A DNA stretch of 63,722 nt, counting the filler, from Candidatus Omnitrophota bacterium (GTDB lineage Bacteria > Omnitrophota > Gorgyraeia > Zapsychrales > Zapsychraceae): assembly GCA_015233495.1 (NCBI GenBank). It is 4 parts of 4 records of this genome, joined end to end, with 100 filler letters (N's around TTAATTAATTAA, not from the genome) between each part and the next. Parts side by side here need not be neighbours in the genome. Positions count along the whole stretch, not along the records: positions 1 to 23,700 come from JADFXQ010000025.1; 3 more parts are not named here. One strand, given 5' to 3'. Shown here piece after piece: positions 1-8,634 of the stretch (positions are counted from its first letter, which is position 1; each line of letters begins with the position of its first letter). The translations under genes were made by a program, and so were the position numbers. The notes beneath the pieces are model-generated. The model searched no databases, was not told the DNA's origin, and was given only the letters and a program-made list of their open reading frames with translations.

Positions 1-860
1 TGATTTTTGTCCACAGAGCACGCGAACTTTTTAACAACGATTCCTTCGGCATCGATCTCGACAACACAGTTTACGCGATCGATTCCACGACCATCGATTT
101 GTGCTTGGCTCTTTTTCCCTGGGCGCGTTTTCGAAAGAACAAAGGAGCTGTGAAACTTCACACTCTTCTGGACTTGCGCGGGAACATTCCGTCTTTCATC
201 GATATTACCGACGGGAAAGTTCACGACGTCAACGTCCTGGACATCCTGATTTTCGAAGCCGGGTCTTTTTATATCATGGACCGCGGGTACATCGACTTCG
301 AAAGACTTTACAAAATGCATCAGACGCTGGCATTTTTTGTGACACGCGCCAAGTCCAATATCAAATGCCGCAGACTGTATTCTCGATTCGTCGACAAAAC
401 AACAGGACTGCGCTGCGATCAAACGATCGTCCTGACGCAATCGTTCGAAGATTATCCGGAGCAGCTCCGTCTCGTAAAATTTTACGACGCGGAGAACGAT
501 CTACGGCTGACGTTCTTAACCAACAATTTTTCTCTCGACGCCCTGACCATCGCGCAACTTTACAAATGCCGCTGGAAAGTCGAACTGTTTTTCAAATGGA
601 TCAAACAGCATCTGCGAATCAAGGCATTCTTCGGCACATCCGAGAACGCCGTCAAGACTCAAGTCTGGATTGCCGTATCGATTTACGTGCTGATCGCGAT
701 CATCAAAAAACGTCTGGCTCTGGAACCGTCACTCTATACGATTCTACAAATTTTGAGCGTTAACATTTTTGAGAAAGAACCGATTCCTCGTCTATTGGCG
801 ATAAAAAAAAAGAACAACGACAACATTGAAAACGATAACCAGTTGAAACTATTCAATTAA
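1..860 (+). CDS. IS4-family DDE transposase, 5' part outside the window
   Basis: Frame is open upstream of the listed ORF (…AIDSTTIDLCL…). Motifs AVKLHTLLDL, MDRGY, LYKCRWKVELFFKWIKQHLRIK are typical of IS4 DDE_Tnp_1 transposases. Confidence 0.93.
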   Translation, partial: IFVHRARELFNNDSFGIDLDNTVYAIDSTTIDLCLALFPWARFRKNKGAVKLHTLLDLRGNIPSFIDITDGKVHDVNVLDILIFEAGSFYIMDRGYIDFERLYKMHQTLAFFVTRAKSNIKCRRLYSRFVDKTTGLRCDQTIVLTQSFEDYPEQLRLVKFYDAENDLRLTFLTNNFSLDALTIAQLYKCRWKVELFFKWIKQHLRIKAFFGTSENAVKTQVWIAVSIYVLIAIIKKRLALEPSLYTILQILSVNIFEKEPIPRLLAIKKKNNDNIENDNQLKLFN

Positions 861-876
861 TGCCCGGACAGTAGTG
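861..876. mobile_element. Probable right terminal inverted repeat of the IS4 element
   Basis: TGCCCGGACAGTAGTG directly follows the transposase stop and resembles the …CAGTAGTG ends of this IS4 group. The partner end is not in the window. Confidence 0.65.
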
Positions 877-878
877 AT

Positions 879-998
879 TCCGGATACAAAGATTTAAAAG
901 TTTTTCAAATGTCATTTCAATTAGCTAATGAACTATTTGAAAAAACAAAAACTTTTCCACCAAAAGAACAATTCTCTTTAACTGACCAAATTCTTAGA
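879..998 (+). pseudogene. Four-helix-bundle (TIGR02436 / '23S rRNA IVS protein'-like) gene remnant
   Basis: Manual translation SGYKDLKVFQMSFQLANELFEKTKTFPPKEQFSLTDQILR matches the family N-terminus. The start is cut off by the IS and the 3' part is missing. Confidence 0.75.
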
Positions 999-1013
999 AT
1001 TTTTTTTTCTTTT

Positions 1014-1048
1014 TTCTAATTACTGCTTACTAAATACTGCTTTCTGAA
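1014..1048 (+). repeat. Degenerate heptamer tandem repeat (5 units)
   Basis: TTCTAAT TACTGCT TACTAAA TACTGCT TTCTGAA. Confidence 0.55.
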
Positions 1049-1061
1049 ATATAGGAGGTTT

Positions 1062-2030
1062 ATGTCTCAATCGATTTTACTCACCGGCGCCGCGGGTTTT
1101 ATTGGGTCCAAAACCGCTGAGATTCTGGTCAAAAAATACCACGTCGTCGGCATTGACAATTTGAACGATTACTATGACGTTATGCTCAAAGAATACCGTC
1201 TGGCGCGGTTGAAAAAGCTGCCTAATTTTTCATTTCAAAAAGCTGATATTGAAGATTTTTCCGGGCTCAAAAAAATATTTCAAAAATATCCATTTTCCGC
1301 GGTGGTGAACCTCGCGGCCCGGGCCGGCGTGCGCTACAGTTTGGTCAATCCCTGGGTCTACAATTCGACGAACGGCCAAGGCACGCTCAACCTCCTCGAG
1401 CTATGCAAAGACTTTAAAATCAAAAAATTCGTGCTCGCTTCAACCTCGTCGCTGTATGCCGGTCAAAAAATGCCGTTTAAAGAAGACCTTGCCGTGAACA
1501 CGCCGATCTCGTATTACGCGGCAAGTAAAAAAGCGGCGGAAGTCGCCTGCTACACCTACCATTATCTTTTTGACATCGATGTCTCGATCGTCCGCTACTT
1601 CACGGTTTACGGACCGGCAGGGAGGCCGGACATGAGCATTTTCCGGTTCATCAAATGGATCGACGAAGAAAAAACGCTTGAGCTTTTCGGCGACGGCACG
1701 CAGAGCCGCGATTTCACTTACGTCGACGACATTGCCGACGGGACAGTCAAGGCCTTGAAAAAAGTCGGGTTTGAAGTCATCAACCTCGGCGGAAATAATC
1801 CGTATGATTTAAAACACGTGATCGGGCTCATTGAAAAATATTTGGGCAAAAAAGCCAAGATCAAACGGTTTGCTTTTCCGAAGACGGATGTCCGAGCGAC
1901 CTGGGCGGACATTTCCAAGGCCAGAAAACTTTTGAACTGGGCGCCAAAGATTGGGCTGGAAAAAGGCATACGCTCGACGGTGGACTGGTATTTGGAAAAT
2001 AAATCCTGGTTGAAGAATGTGAAATTGTGA
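1062..2030 (+). CDS. NAD-dependent nucleotide-sugar epimerase (UDP-glucuronate 4-epimerase-like)
   Basis: TGAAGFIG Rossmann motif, NLAARAGVRYS, YxxxK (YAASK), RYFTVYGPAGRPDM. RBS AGGAGG. Confidence 0.92.
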   Translation: MSQSILLTGAAGFIGSKTAEILVKKYHVVGIDNLNDYYDVMLKEYRLARLKKLPNFSFQKADIEDFSGLKKIFQKYPFSAVVNLAARAGVRYSLVNPWVYNSTNGQGTLNLLELCKDFKIKKFVLASTSSLYAGQKMPFKEDLAVNTPISYYAASKKAAEVACYTYHYLFDIDVSIVRYFTVYGPAGRPDMSIFRFIKWIDEEKTLELFGDGTQSRDFTYVDDIADGTVKALKKVGFEVINLGGNNPYDLKHVIGLIEKYLGKKAKIKRFAFPKTDVRATWADISKARKLLNWAPKIGLEKGIRSTVDWYLENKSWLKNVKL

Positions 2031-2056
2031 AGTCAATGCATTGAGGCAAAAAAAAT

Positions 2057-3319
2057 ATGGAATTTATTTTTTGGTTTTTTCTGACAGCCATTATCTACTG
2101 CTATTTTGGTTATCCGGCCTTGCTTTGGTTGACCGCAAAAATTTTAAAGCGGCCGGTTAAAAAAGCGGCTTGCGAACCGTTTGTGTCGATCGTGGTCTCT
2201 GTCTGGAACGAAGCCGACGTGATTGAACGCAAACTCCGTAACTTGACCGCGCTCGATTACCCGCAAGACAAAATAGAAATTCTCATCGGCTCCGATGGGT
2301 CAACCGACAAAACAAACAAACTCATCCAAATTTTTATCGGTAATCCGCAGCTTTTTCTCGATTTTTCCCCCACCCCCCAAAAGACACAAGACACAAGACA
2401 CAAGACACAAGTCACAAGTCAAAAGTCACAAGACACGAGTCAAGAGCCAAGGCCTGTCATCCATTTTTTTCCCTTTCCTCAGCGTCGGGGGAAGATGGCG
2501 GTGTTGAATGATTTGGTCGGCCAGGCGAAAGGGGAGATCATTTTTTTTACCGACGCCCGTCAAAACATCGCCTCGGACGCTTTGCGTCAATTGACCGCAA
2601 ATTTCAGCGATCCGTCCGTCGGGTGTGTCAGCGGTGAGCTCATGCTGTCGAAAAAAGAAGGAGGGACGGCCAAAGGGATCAACCTTTACTGGAATTATGA
2701 AAAATTCATCCGGCGTTTAGAAAGTGATATTCATTCCATGCTCGGCGCGACTGGCGCGATTTACGCGATACGCCGCGACTTGTTCACGCCCATACCGGAC
2801 GGGGTTGTCCTCGACGATATGTTCGTGCCGTTGAACATCGTTCAAAAACGCTGCCGCGCGATTTTCGACCCTGAGGCCCTGGCGTATGATGACGTCGCGG
2901 TCAGCGCCGCCGAAGAATCCCGACGGAAAACAAGGACTTTATTTGGCAATTTCCAGATTTTTAAATTGTTTGCCCGGCTTTTTAATCCGCTGTCTAGCCC
3001 GGTCGCCATCCAATTTTTTTCGCATAAATTTTTAAGGATCACCGCGCCGTTTTTTCTCATTTTTATTTTCTTAATCAACATCCTACTCATAAATGATATA
3101 TTTTTCGTAATGATGTTTGTCTTACAAATCTCATTTTATGCGATGGCTGGTGCCGGGGCATTCCTGCGCTCTCCCCAAACCAAAACGGAGCAAATCATTT
3201 CCAAAATTTGTTACGGCCCGTATGTTTTTTGCTTGTTAAATTTTTCCGCGCTCCTCGGATTTTTACGCTTTTTTTCGAACGAACAAGACGTCAAATGGGA
3301 AAAGGCCCGCCAAGCCTAG
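2057..3319 (+). CDS. Membrane GT2 glycosyltransferase (CesA/IcaA-like)
   Basis: N-terminal TM, SDGSTDKT, FTDA, GATGAIYAIRR, LDD, C-terminal TMs. Contains an in-frame low-complexity insert. Confidence 0.9.
   Translation: MEFIFWFFLTAIIYCYFGYPALLWLTAKILKRPVKKAACEPFVSIVVSVWNEADVIERKLRNLTALDYPQDKIEILIGSDGSTDKTNKLIQIFIGNPQLFLDFSPTPQKTQDTRHKTQVTSQKSQDTSQEPRPVIHFFPFPQRRGKMAVLNDLVGQAKGEIIFFTDARQNIASDALRQLTANFSDPSVGCVSGELMLSKKEGGTAKGINLYWNYEKFIRRLESDIHSMLGATGAIYAIRRDLFTPIPDGVVLDDMFVPLNIVQKRCRAIFDPEALAYDDVAVSAAEESRRKTRTLFGNFQIFKLFARLFNPLSSPVAIQFFSHKFLRITAPFFLIFIFLINILLINDIFFVMMFVLQISFYAMAGAGAFLRSPQTKTEQIISKICYGPYVFCLLNFSALLGFLRFFSNEQDVKWEKARQA
2381..2450 (+). repeat. Intragenic heptamer tandem repeat, 10 units, consensus AAGACAC
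   Basis: AAGACAC x4, AAGTCAC, AAGTCAA, AAGTCAC, AAGACAC, GAGTCAA, GAGCCAA. Confidence 0.95.
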
Positions 3320-3437
3320 TGCTCCGTCAGATAATTTTTTTAACTGACTCCGCGCTTCCGCACGATCCAGTTCTTTTTCTGGACAAACGGCGCTTTTATG
3401 TTATCTTTTAAACGTCTTAACCTTAACCGAAAATCCT

Positions 3438-4262
3438 ATGTCGTTTAAAATAAAATTAATTGATCATCGAAACTTTTTATTCGCGTTTGTCCTTTTCATC
3501 GCCGCCTATATTCCCACATTCATCTGGATGTGGGACCGTTGGTTCGCCCACGATTCCTATTATAGCCACGGCATCCTTGTCCCATTCGTCACCCTATTCC
3601 TGATCTGGATGAAACGCGAGGAACTCGGCCGGACGGACAAAACCTGTTCCGCTTGGGGCCTGAATCTGATCGTGTTCGGGATCCTCGCGCATTTGTTCAG
3701 CTCGCTTTTCCGCATCTATTTCTCGTCGGGATTTTCCTTGTTGTTGGTCTTGGCCGGTCTCATTTTGCATTTTTACGGCGCCAAAATATTCCGCATCATC
3801 CTTTTTCCCGTTGTGTTTCTTGTTTTTATGGTGCCTTTGCCTTTGGTGACAATCACGACGATCAGCTTTAAACTCAAATTGATCGCCGCGCAGCTGGCGA
3901 CCCTGTCCTTAAACCACCTGGGCGTGCCCGCGGTCCGCCAAGGCAGCATGATCTATATGCGGGACGCCTATGTTGTCGTCGAGGATGTGTGCAGCGGCCT
4001 GCGTTCGCTCATTTCTTTGACCGCGTTGAGCAGCGTGTTCGCGTATCTTATGAAAGGAAATTGGTGGAAGCGGGGCATGATTTTTTTGTCCGCCGTTCCC
4101 ATCGCCATTATCACCAATGTCGCGCGGATCATGACTCTGTCCCTGATCAGCGAAATTTGGGGCAGTCAATATGCCACCGGTTTGATCCACGACATGACCG
4201 GGTTTATGGTCTTCGCTCTGGCTTTCATTTTACTTTGGTTTGTCGTCCAACTTTGGGAATAA
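3438..4262 (+). CDS. Exosortase (EpsH family)
   Basis: Multi-TM protein with YSHGILVP and the catalytic triad Cys (VCSGLRSL), Arg (NVARI), His (IHD). Confidence 0.95.
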   Translation: MSFKIKLIDHRNFLFAFVLFIAAYIPTFIWMWDRWFAHDSYYSHGILVPFVTLFLIWMKREELGRTDKTCSAWGLNLIVFGILAHLFSSLFRIYFSSGFSLLLVLAGLILHFYGAKIFRIILFPVVFLVFMVPLPLVTITTISFKLKLIAAQLATLSLNHLGVPAVRQGSMIYMRDAYVVVEDVCSGLRSLISLTALSSVFAYLMKGNWWKRGMIFLSAVPIAIITNVARIMTLSLISEIWGSQYATGLIHDMTGFMVFALAFILLWFVVQLWE

Positions 4263-4289
4263 TTCCTGCGTCATGCATTTGAAACGAAT

Positions 4290-4934
4290 ATGAAAAATTC
4301 GCGTTCCCCCAAAATTGATGTGTTGATTTTCGGACTCTTGATCATCGCCGGCATCATTTCCTGGCGTTTTTATTTCCAGGCCTATATTCAGCAGGATTCC
4401 GTGAGCGTTCACGCGTTCCCGCGTACCGTCGGGAAATGGACATCGGAAGAGATCCCGATATCGGACAATGAATATGCCATCTTAGAAACCCGCAACGTTT
4501 TTATCCGTAAATACACTTCGCCGGAAAAAGAAGAGGTTTACCTGTATGTCGTCTATTCACAAAATAACCGCAAGATTTCGCATCCTCCGGAAATTTGTTA
4601 CACGGGCGGAGGGGAGACGATTCTTTCGAAAAAAAATTTCTTAATCCCGGTTTCTGGGCCGGAAAAAAATCTTACAGTCAACGAACTCCACCTGGACCAG
4701 GGAACTGTTGAACAAATTTCCATCTACTGGTTTAAAGTCGGCAGTCAATTCACTTCGGATTATTTAAAACAGCAGTTCCTCCTCGCCTTGAATTCTTTAA
4801 CCGGTAAACCGAGCAGCAGCGCTATGATCCGCGTCTCATCAGTGATTAACGGAAAAGACCTCACGACAACCGAAGACGTTGTGAAAAAATTTTCGCAACT
4901 GATCCTGCCTGAATTAAAAAAATACCTTCCTTAA
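4290..4934 (+). CDS. epsI: EpsI family exosortase-associated protein
   Basis: N-terminal TM, FPRTVGKW, HPPEICY, YWF. Follows the exosortase directly. Confidence 0.9.
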   Translation: MKNSRSPKIDVLIFGLLIIAGIISWRFYFQAYIQQDSVSVHAFPRTVGKWTSEEIPISDNEYAILETRNVFIRKYTSPEKEEVYLYVVYSQNNRKISHPPEICYTGGGETILSKKNFLIPVSGPEKNLTVNELHLDQGTVEQISIYWFKVGSQFTSDYLKQQFLLALNSLTGKPSSSAMIRVSSVINGKDLTTTEDVVKKFSQLILPELKKYLP

Positions 4935-4971
4935 ATAAAATATTTTAAATTTAATAAGAATTACCTTTATT

Positions 4972-5011
4972 TGTTGATGAATATCAACACTGATGTCGTT
5001 AGTTTTCGACA
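4972..5011. promoter_or_regulatory. Tandem palindromic upstream activator sites (TGTyG-N8-CrACA x2)
   Basis: TGTTG-ATGAATAT-CAACA (4972-4989) and TGTCG-TTAGTTTT-CGACA (4994-5011), about 135-175 bp upstream of a sigma54 promoter. Confidence 0.7.
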
Positions 5012-5145
5012 TTTTATTTGATTACTAAGAAAACGTTTTCGCGGTTTTTCTTAAATTTTTTATTTTTTTGATTTTTTATTTTATAACTTCAAGCCATTAA
5101 GCCACTTATAAAATCATCATATTTTTTTTACAAATTTTTAACACA

Positions 5146-5161
5146 TGGCACAAGTATTGCT
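5146..5161 (+). promoter_or_regulatory. Sigma54 (-24/-12) promoter
   Basis: TGGCAC-AAGTA-TTGCT is an exact TGGCAC-N5-TTGC match, 42 bp before the ATG at 5204. Confidence 0.85.
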
Positions 5162-5203
5162 CTCTTTTCTATGTATCCGATTCATCGAAACAGGTGAAAT
5201 AAT

Positions 5204-6046
5204 ATGTCAAAACAAATTTACATTCTCAAAACTTTTTCGTGGCTTATCCTAACAATGGCCATTGTTTGTGTTGCTTCAGCTTGGGCAACAGTGGCCTATA
5301 TAACACCCCACGCAAATGATGGAACGTCGATCGTTGCTTCCCATGATATACAGACGGATCAACTTTCGCCTGCGTCCAAGGTCAAGGCTCCCGAACCAGC
5401 AACCATGGCGCTTTTTGGCGGCGGATTATTCAGCATGATTATCGGATTTGTCCGCCGGACATATGCCGCTTTAAAACGATTTTTAGACGTGGCCTTTTCC
5501 GCGTTCGGTTTAATTCTCATTTCTCCAATATTATTACTTATTACTCTTGCCGTTAAATTGACTTCACGCGGCCCGATCATTTATTCTCAAACCCGTGTTG
5601 GAAAAAACGGCGGGTTATTTGAAATGTATAAATTCAGAACAATGAACGTTGACGCTGAAAAAGGCACTGGCGCGGTTTGGGCCAAAAAAAATGATTCGCG
5701 CCTGACTCCCATTGGAAAATTTCTTCGTCATTCTCACCTTGATGAACTTCCTCAATTATGGAATGTCTTAAAAGGGGAAATGAGCATCATTGGTCCACGA
5801 CCAGAACGCCCCGTATTCGTTGAAAAACTTCAAACACAAATTCCCGGCTATACTGGTCGCTTAGCCGTTAAGCCGGGGATCACTGGTCTGGCACAAGTCC
5901 GCCATCGATATGACGAGACGATTGAAGACGTAAAAATCAAAGTGAAGTACGATCTGATGTATATTAAGAAAATTTGTCTGTTGACTGATTTTCAAATCGC
6001 CTTACGCACATTTCGCGTCATGTTGACCGGCGAAGGCGCAAAATAA
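5204..6046 (+). CDS. Priming sugar (phosphoglycosyl) transferase with an N-terminal signal peptide and an internal PEP-CTERM motif
   Basis: C-terminal Bac_transf motifs KRFLDV, KFRTM, LDELPQLWNVLKGEMSIIGPRPE, KPGITGLAQV. Residues 62-85 are APEPATMALFGGGLFSMIIGFVRR. Confidence 0.92.
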   Translation: MSKQIYILKTFSWLILTMAIVCVASAWATVAYITPHANDGTSIVASHDIQTDQLSPASKVKAPEPATMALFGGGLFSMIIGFVRRTYAALKRFLDVAFSAFGLILISPILLLITLAVKLTSRGPIIYSQTRVGKNGGLFEMYKFRTMNVDAEKGTGAVWAKKNDSRLTPIGKFLRHSHLDELPQLWNVLKGEMSIIGPRPERPVFVEKLQTQIPGYTGRLAVKPGITGLAQVRHRYDETIEDVKIKVKYDLMYIKKICLLTDFQIALRTFRVMLTGEGAK

Positions 6047-6312
6047 TTTAATTCGTTCTTTGACACAATTGATACAAACGCATTAAATGCGTTTCAATTA
6101 GGTTGGCAAAAAAGAGAAATGATTTAACCGTAATTTATTTTAAATTGATTTGATCTGAAATTTTTACTTTTTTGACGGCATAGCAAACGTCACAAAATTT
6201 ATTACGTTTGCTATTATGAAACACCACTCGTTTTCTTTTTCCTGACATCGTCATGATGTTTTAACATAGAAAATAAAAATAGAGAAGCATGTAGTCGAAA
6301 GAGGAGAGAATT

Positions 6313-7131
6313 ATGAAAAAGTTGTTAATCGTCGCTCTTGCCATTCTTATGGTAGCGGCAACCGCGCCAGCTTTCGCGTTCAGCTTGGCCGGAGGGTACT
6401 TAGGACCCGTCAGCATGAAATTCACCGGTTTTACCAGATCGCTTGACAGCGACCCAAACACGGGCCTTACTGGTGAAACTTGGGGAATCGTCAGACTGAC
6501 TGAAGTCGACAATCCATTTACGACAGCGAAACTTTGGGGTCAGGGTGATGCCAATGAACAGATTTACGCTTTAATTTATGGATTGCAAGATAACAAAATA
6601 ATCGGATCGTCTCCGACGGTAGAAATCGATCAAATGGGCGGGCATTTCGTGATGTTCAGCTCAACCAATCCTCTTCATACCGCGGAATTCCTTCTGGACA
6701 ATCCAAGCACTCGCAGAACAGGACTCGCTCAGTATGATTCAGTGACCAACATCCCTGGATCCACATTATTTTTATCAGGCGATTTTTCTCCTGGTATTGT
6801 GAATGGCGACACAATCACGACCATCCAACAAAATGTTGACTCAGCAACCACACCGGCCACTGGCACGGGTCATGGTTATGCCGATTTAACAGGCGGGAGC
6901 CAATTCGGTTTCTTTAACACGAATTCCCTCACTGATCTCGCCGGCAACACGCATGATATGTTGTTCGAGTTCACAGTTAAGCCTAACGTTGGCGGGCAAC
7001 CGCTTCCGGCGGGTTGGGATGCCTTTATCAATGATCCGGTCACAGCAAACGTTGTTCCGGAACCAGCATCCATGGTCCTTTTAAGCACAGGTTTAATCGG
7101 ATTATTCGGTTTACGTCGTAAAATCGCGTAA
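6313..7131 (+). CDS. PEP-CTERM sorting-domain surface protein
   Basis: Signal peptide ending …APAFA, Thr/Gly/Asp/Asn-rich body, C-terminal VPEPASMVLLSTGLIGLFGLRRKIA. Confidence 0.95.
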   Translation: MKKLLIVALAILMVAATAPAFAFSLAGGYLGPVSMKFTGFTRSLDSDPNTGLTGETWGIVRLTEVDNPFTTAKLWGQGDANEQIYALIYGLQDNKIIGSSPTVEIDQMGGHFVMFSSTNPLHTAEFLLDNPSTRRTGLAQYDSVTNIPGSTLFLSGDFSPGIVNGDTITTIQQNVDSATTPATGTGHGYADLTGGSQFGFFNTNSLTDLAGNTHDMLFEFTVKPNVGGQPLPAGWDAFINDPVTANVVPEPASMVLLSTGLIGLFGLRRKIA

Positions 7132-7147
7132 AAATAAATAGGTACAG

Positions 7148-7212
7148 AAATAAATAGGGACAGACCCTATTTTTCGTCAAATTCGAAAAATAGGGTCTGT
7201 CCCTATTTATTT
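7148..7212. repeat. Perfect 29-bp inverted repeat (REP-like doublet; possible bidirectional terminator)
   Basis: AAATAAATAGGGACAGACCCTATTTTTCG, 7-nt loop, then the exact reverse complement. Lies between convergent genes. Confidence 0.85.
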
Positions 7213-8634
7213 TATATGAAGGAATTTCCGTTCGTAGTCGAGCACCATGGAGTAAGGAAATTGCTGGTAAGGATAAATGATCAGAGGGAGGTCTGTTTCG
7301 CAATATTTAAAGAGCGCTTTGGCGAACCGCAGTTTTAATTCATCCGTAACTAAAATTCCGGGCAACAATTGAATTTCTAAAATTTGCTTTTCTTTATTGA
7401 GTCGAAAATATCCTGTTGTTTCCGACGCCACTTGAAAATCTTCATACAAACCCTGCTTAATTTCTTCCGGATAAATCCGGTTATTTCTTACTTCTAAGAA
7501 CCGGTCGTTCCGTCCAGCCACCCAAACAAGCGGGAGTTTTAATTCCGGGACTAAATCCGCGTGACCGGTATTAATTAAAATTTTCTTCAATTTGTTATAG
7601 CCAATAACACTGCCGCGATCTTTTGAATTATACCGGATGAGCGGCACGAGCATGTGCGGGCTCAACATCGTAAAGACCAATTCCTTGTCTTTTTCCGTCG
7701 GGCCGATAGATTCGAGAAAAATACGGTGAGGATAATAATGAAAGAGGATGGGGCTGATCTTCTCATCCCCGCCGAACAGAAGTTTGCGGACGGCCGCGTC
7801 TTGCTGGGCTAAATGCCGGATACGCGCTGAATGAACGGATTCATGGAAAAGATTCAAGTCGAGTTCCGCGATCCCCATTGTGGCCCCCACAAACCGGCCT
7901 TGGGGATTATTTACATCCATGCCGATGAGATGGGCCATATAACAGCGGAAAGAATCAGAAAACCAGTCTTCCCCAAAAATGAGGCTGACGTTGATTTTTT
8001 TCCAGTCAATGCCTTCCTGAATACCATCCTCGACGATCTTTTTGATAAAATGCGGATCACTGACGATAATGGTCTGGTCAAACTTTGGCGAAAATTTTTT
8101 AATCAAGGCCAAAGCCATATCGGCGCGCACACTGGTTTCCGTGAGCCTCAGACTGGATGTCACTTTTACGCCCATGGGCACGCAATTGACGAGAAAAGTT
8201 TTCTTCCGGTCAATGCCAAAAGTGTATTCCAGCGCCGTATCAATGGACCGGGCCGTGTCGCGATAATTGCGCGGCGTGTTGATCCCAAAAGAAAACACGC
8301 CGGAAAACCCCGAACTGGACATGGCTGATTTCATGTCCTCCAGGCGCCCGCCGACGCAGAGGTCTTCGATCTCAAATTTTGGGAAGAGGCTGTTCTTATC
8401 AATCAGCGGGACTGTCTTTTTGAATTGCTCGATGTCGGTGATGGCCCGGTAATCGACGTGATGGTCTTGAAGAATTTTTTTGTAAGCCGGAACTTTTGTC
8501 GCCGCCCGACGGAAAGCCGGAAAAACGCCCTTGATCCCGAACTGCTCCAGACGCTCAGGGTCGACGGAGCATAACAGCTTGATCGTCTTAGCGCGTTCGT
8601 ACCGCGCCAGAGTCTCTTTTAAGTATTTAATCAT
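7207..8634 (-). CDS. Phenylacetate-CoA ligase (PaaK)-like adenylate-forming protein
   Basis: VPAYKKIL, VPLIDK, SSSGFSG P-loop variant, PLIRYN, GRNDR, IYPEEI. Start placed at the ATGA overlap with the upstream stop. Confidence 0.75.
   Translation of the reverse strand: MIKYLKETLARYERAKTIKLLCSVDPERLEQFGIKGVFPAFRRAATKVPAYKKILQDHHVDYRAITDIEQFKKTVPLIDKNSLFPKFEIEDLCVGGRLEDMKSAMSSSGFSGVFSFGINTPRNYRDTARSIDTALEYTFGIDRKKTFLVNCVPMGVKVTSSLRLTETSVRADMALALIKKFSPKFDQTIIVSDPHFIKKIVEDGIQEGIDWKKINVSLIFGEDWFSDSFRCYMAHLIGMDVNNPQGRFVGATMGIAELDLNLFHESVHSARIRHLAQQDAAVRKLLFGGDEKISPILFHYYPHRIFLESIGPTEKDKELVFTMLSPHMLVPLIRYNSKDRGSVIGYNKLKKILINTGHADLVPELKLPLVWVAGRNDRFLEVRNNRIYPEEIKQGLYEDFQVASETTGYFRLNKEKQILEIQLLPGILVTDELKLRFAKALFKYCETDLPLIIYPYQQFPYSMVLDYERKFLHIK

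Noticed and set aside
101..763. 220-aa overlapping ORF in the IS4 transposase
   Set aside because: An alternate-frame, Arg/Ser-rich translation with no motif.
879..998. Avd-like four-helix bundle as a sign of a diversity-generating retroelement
   Set aside because: It is only a fragment. No reverse transcriptase or TR/VR pair is visible.
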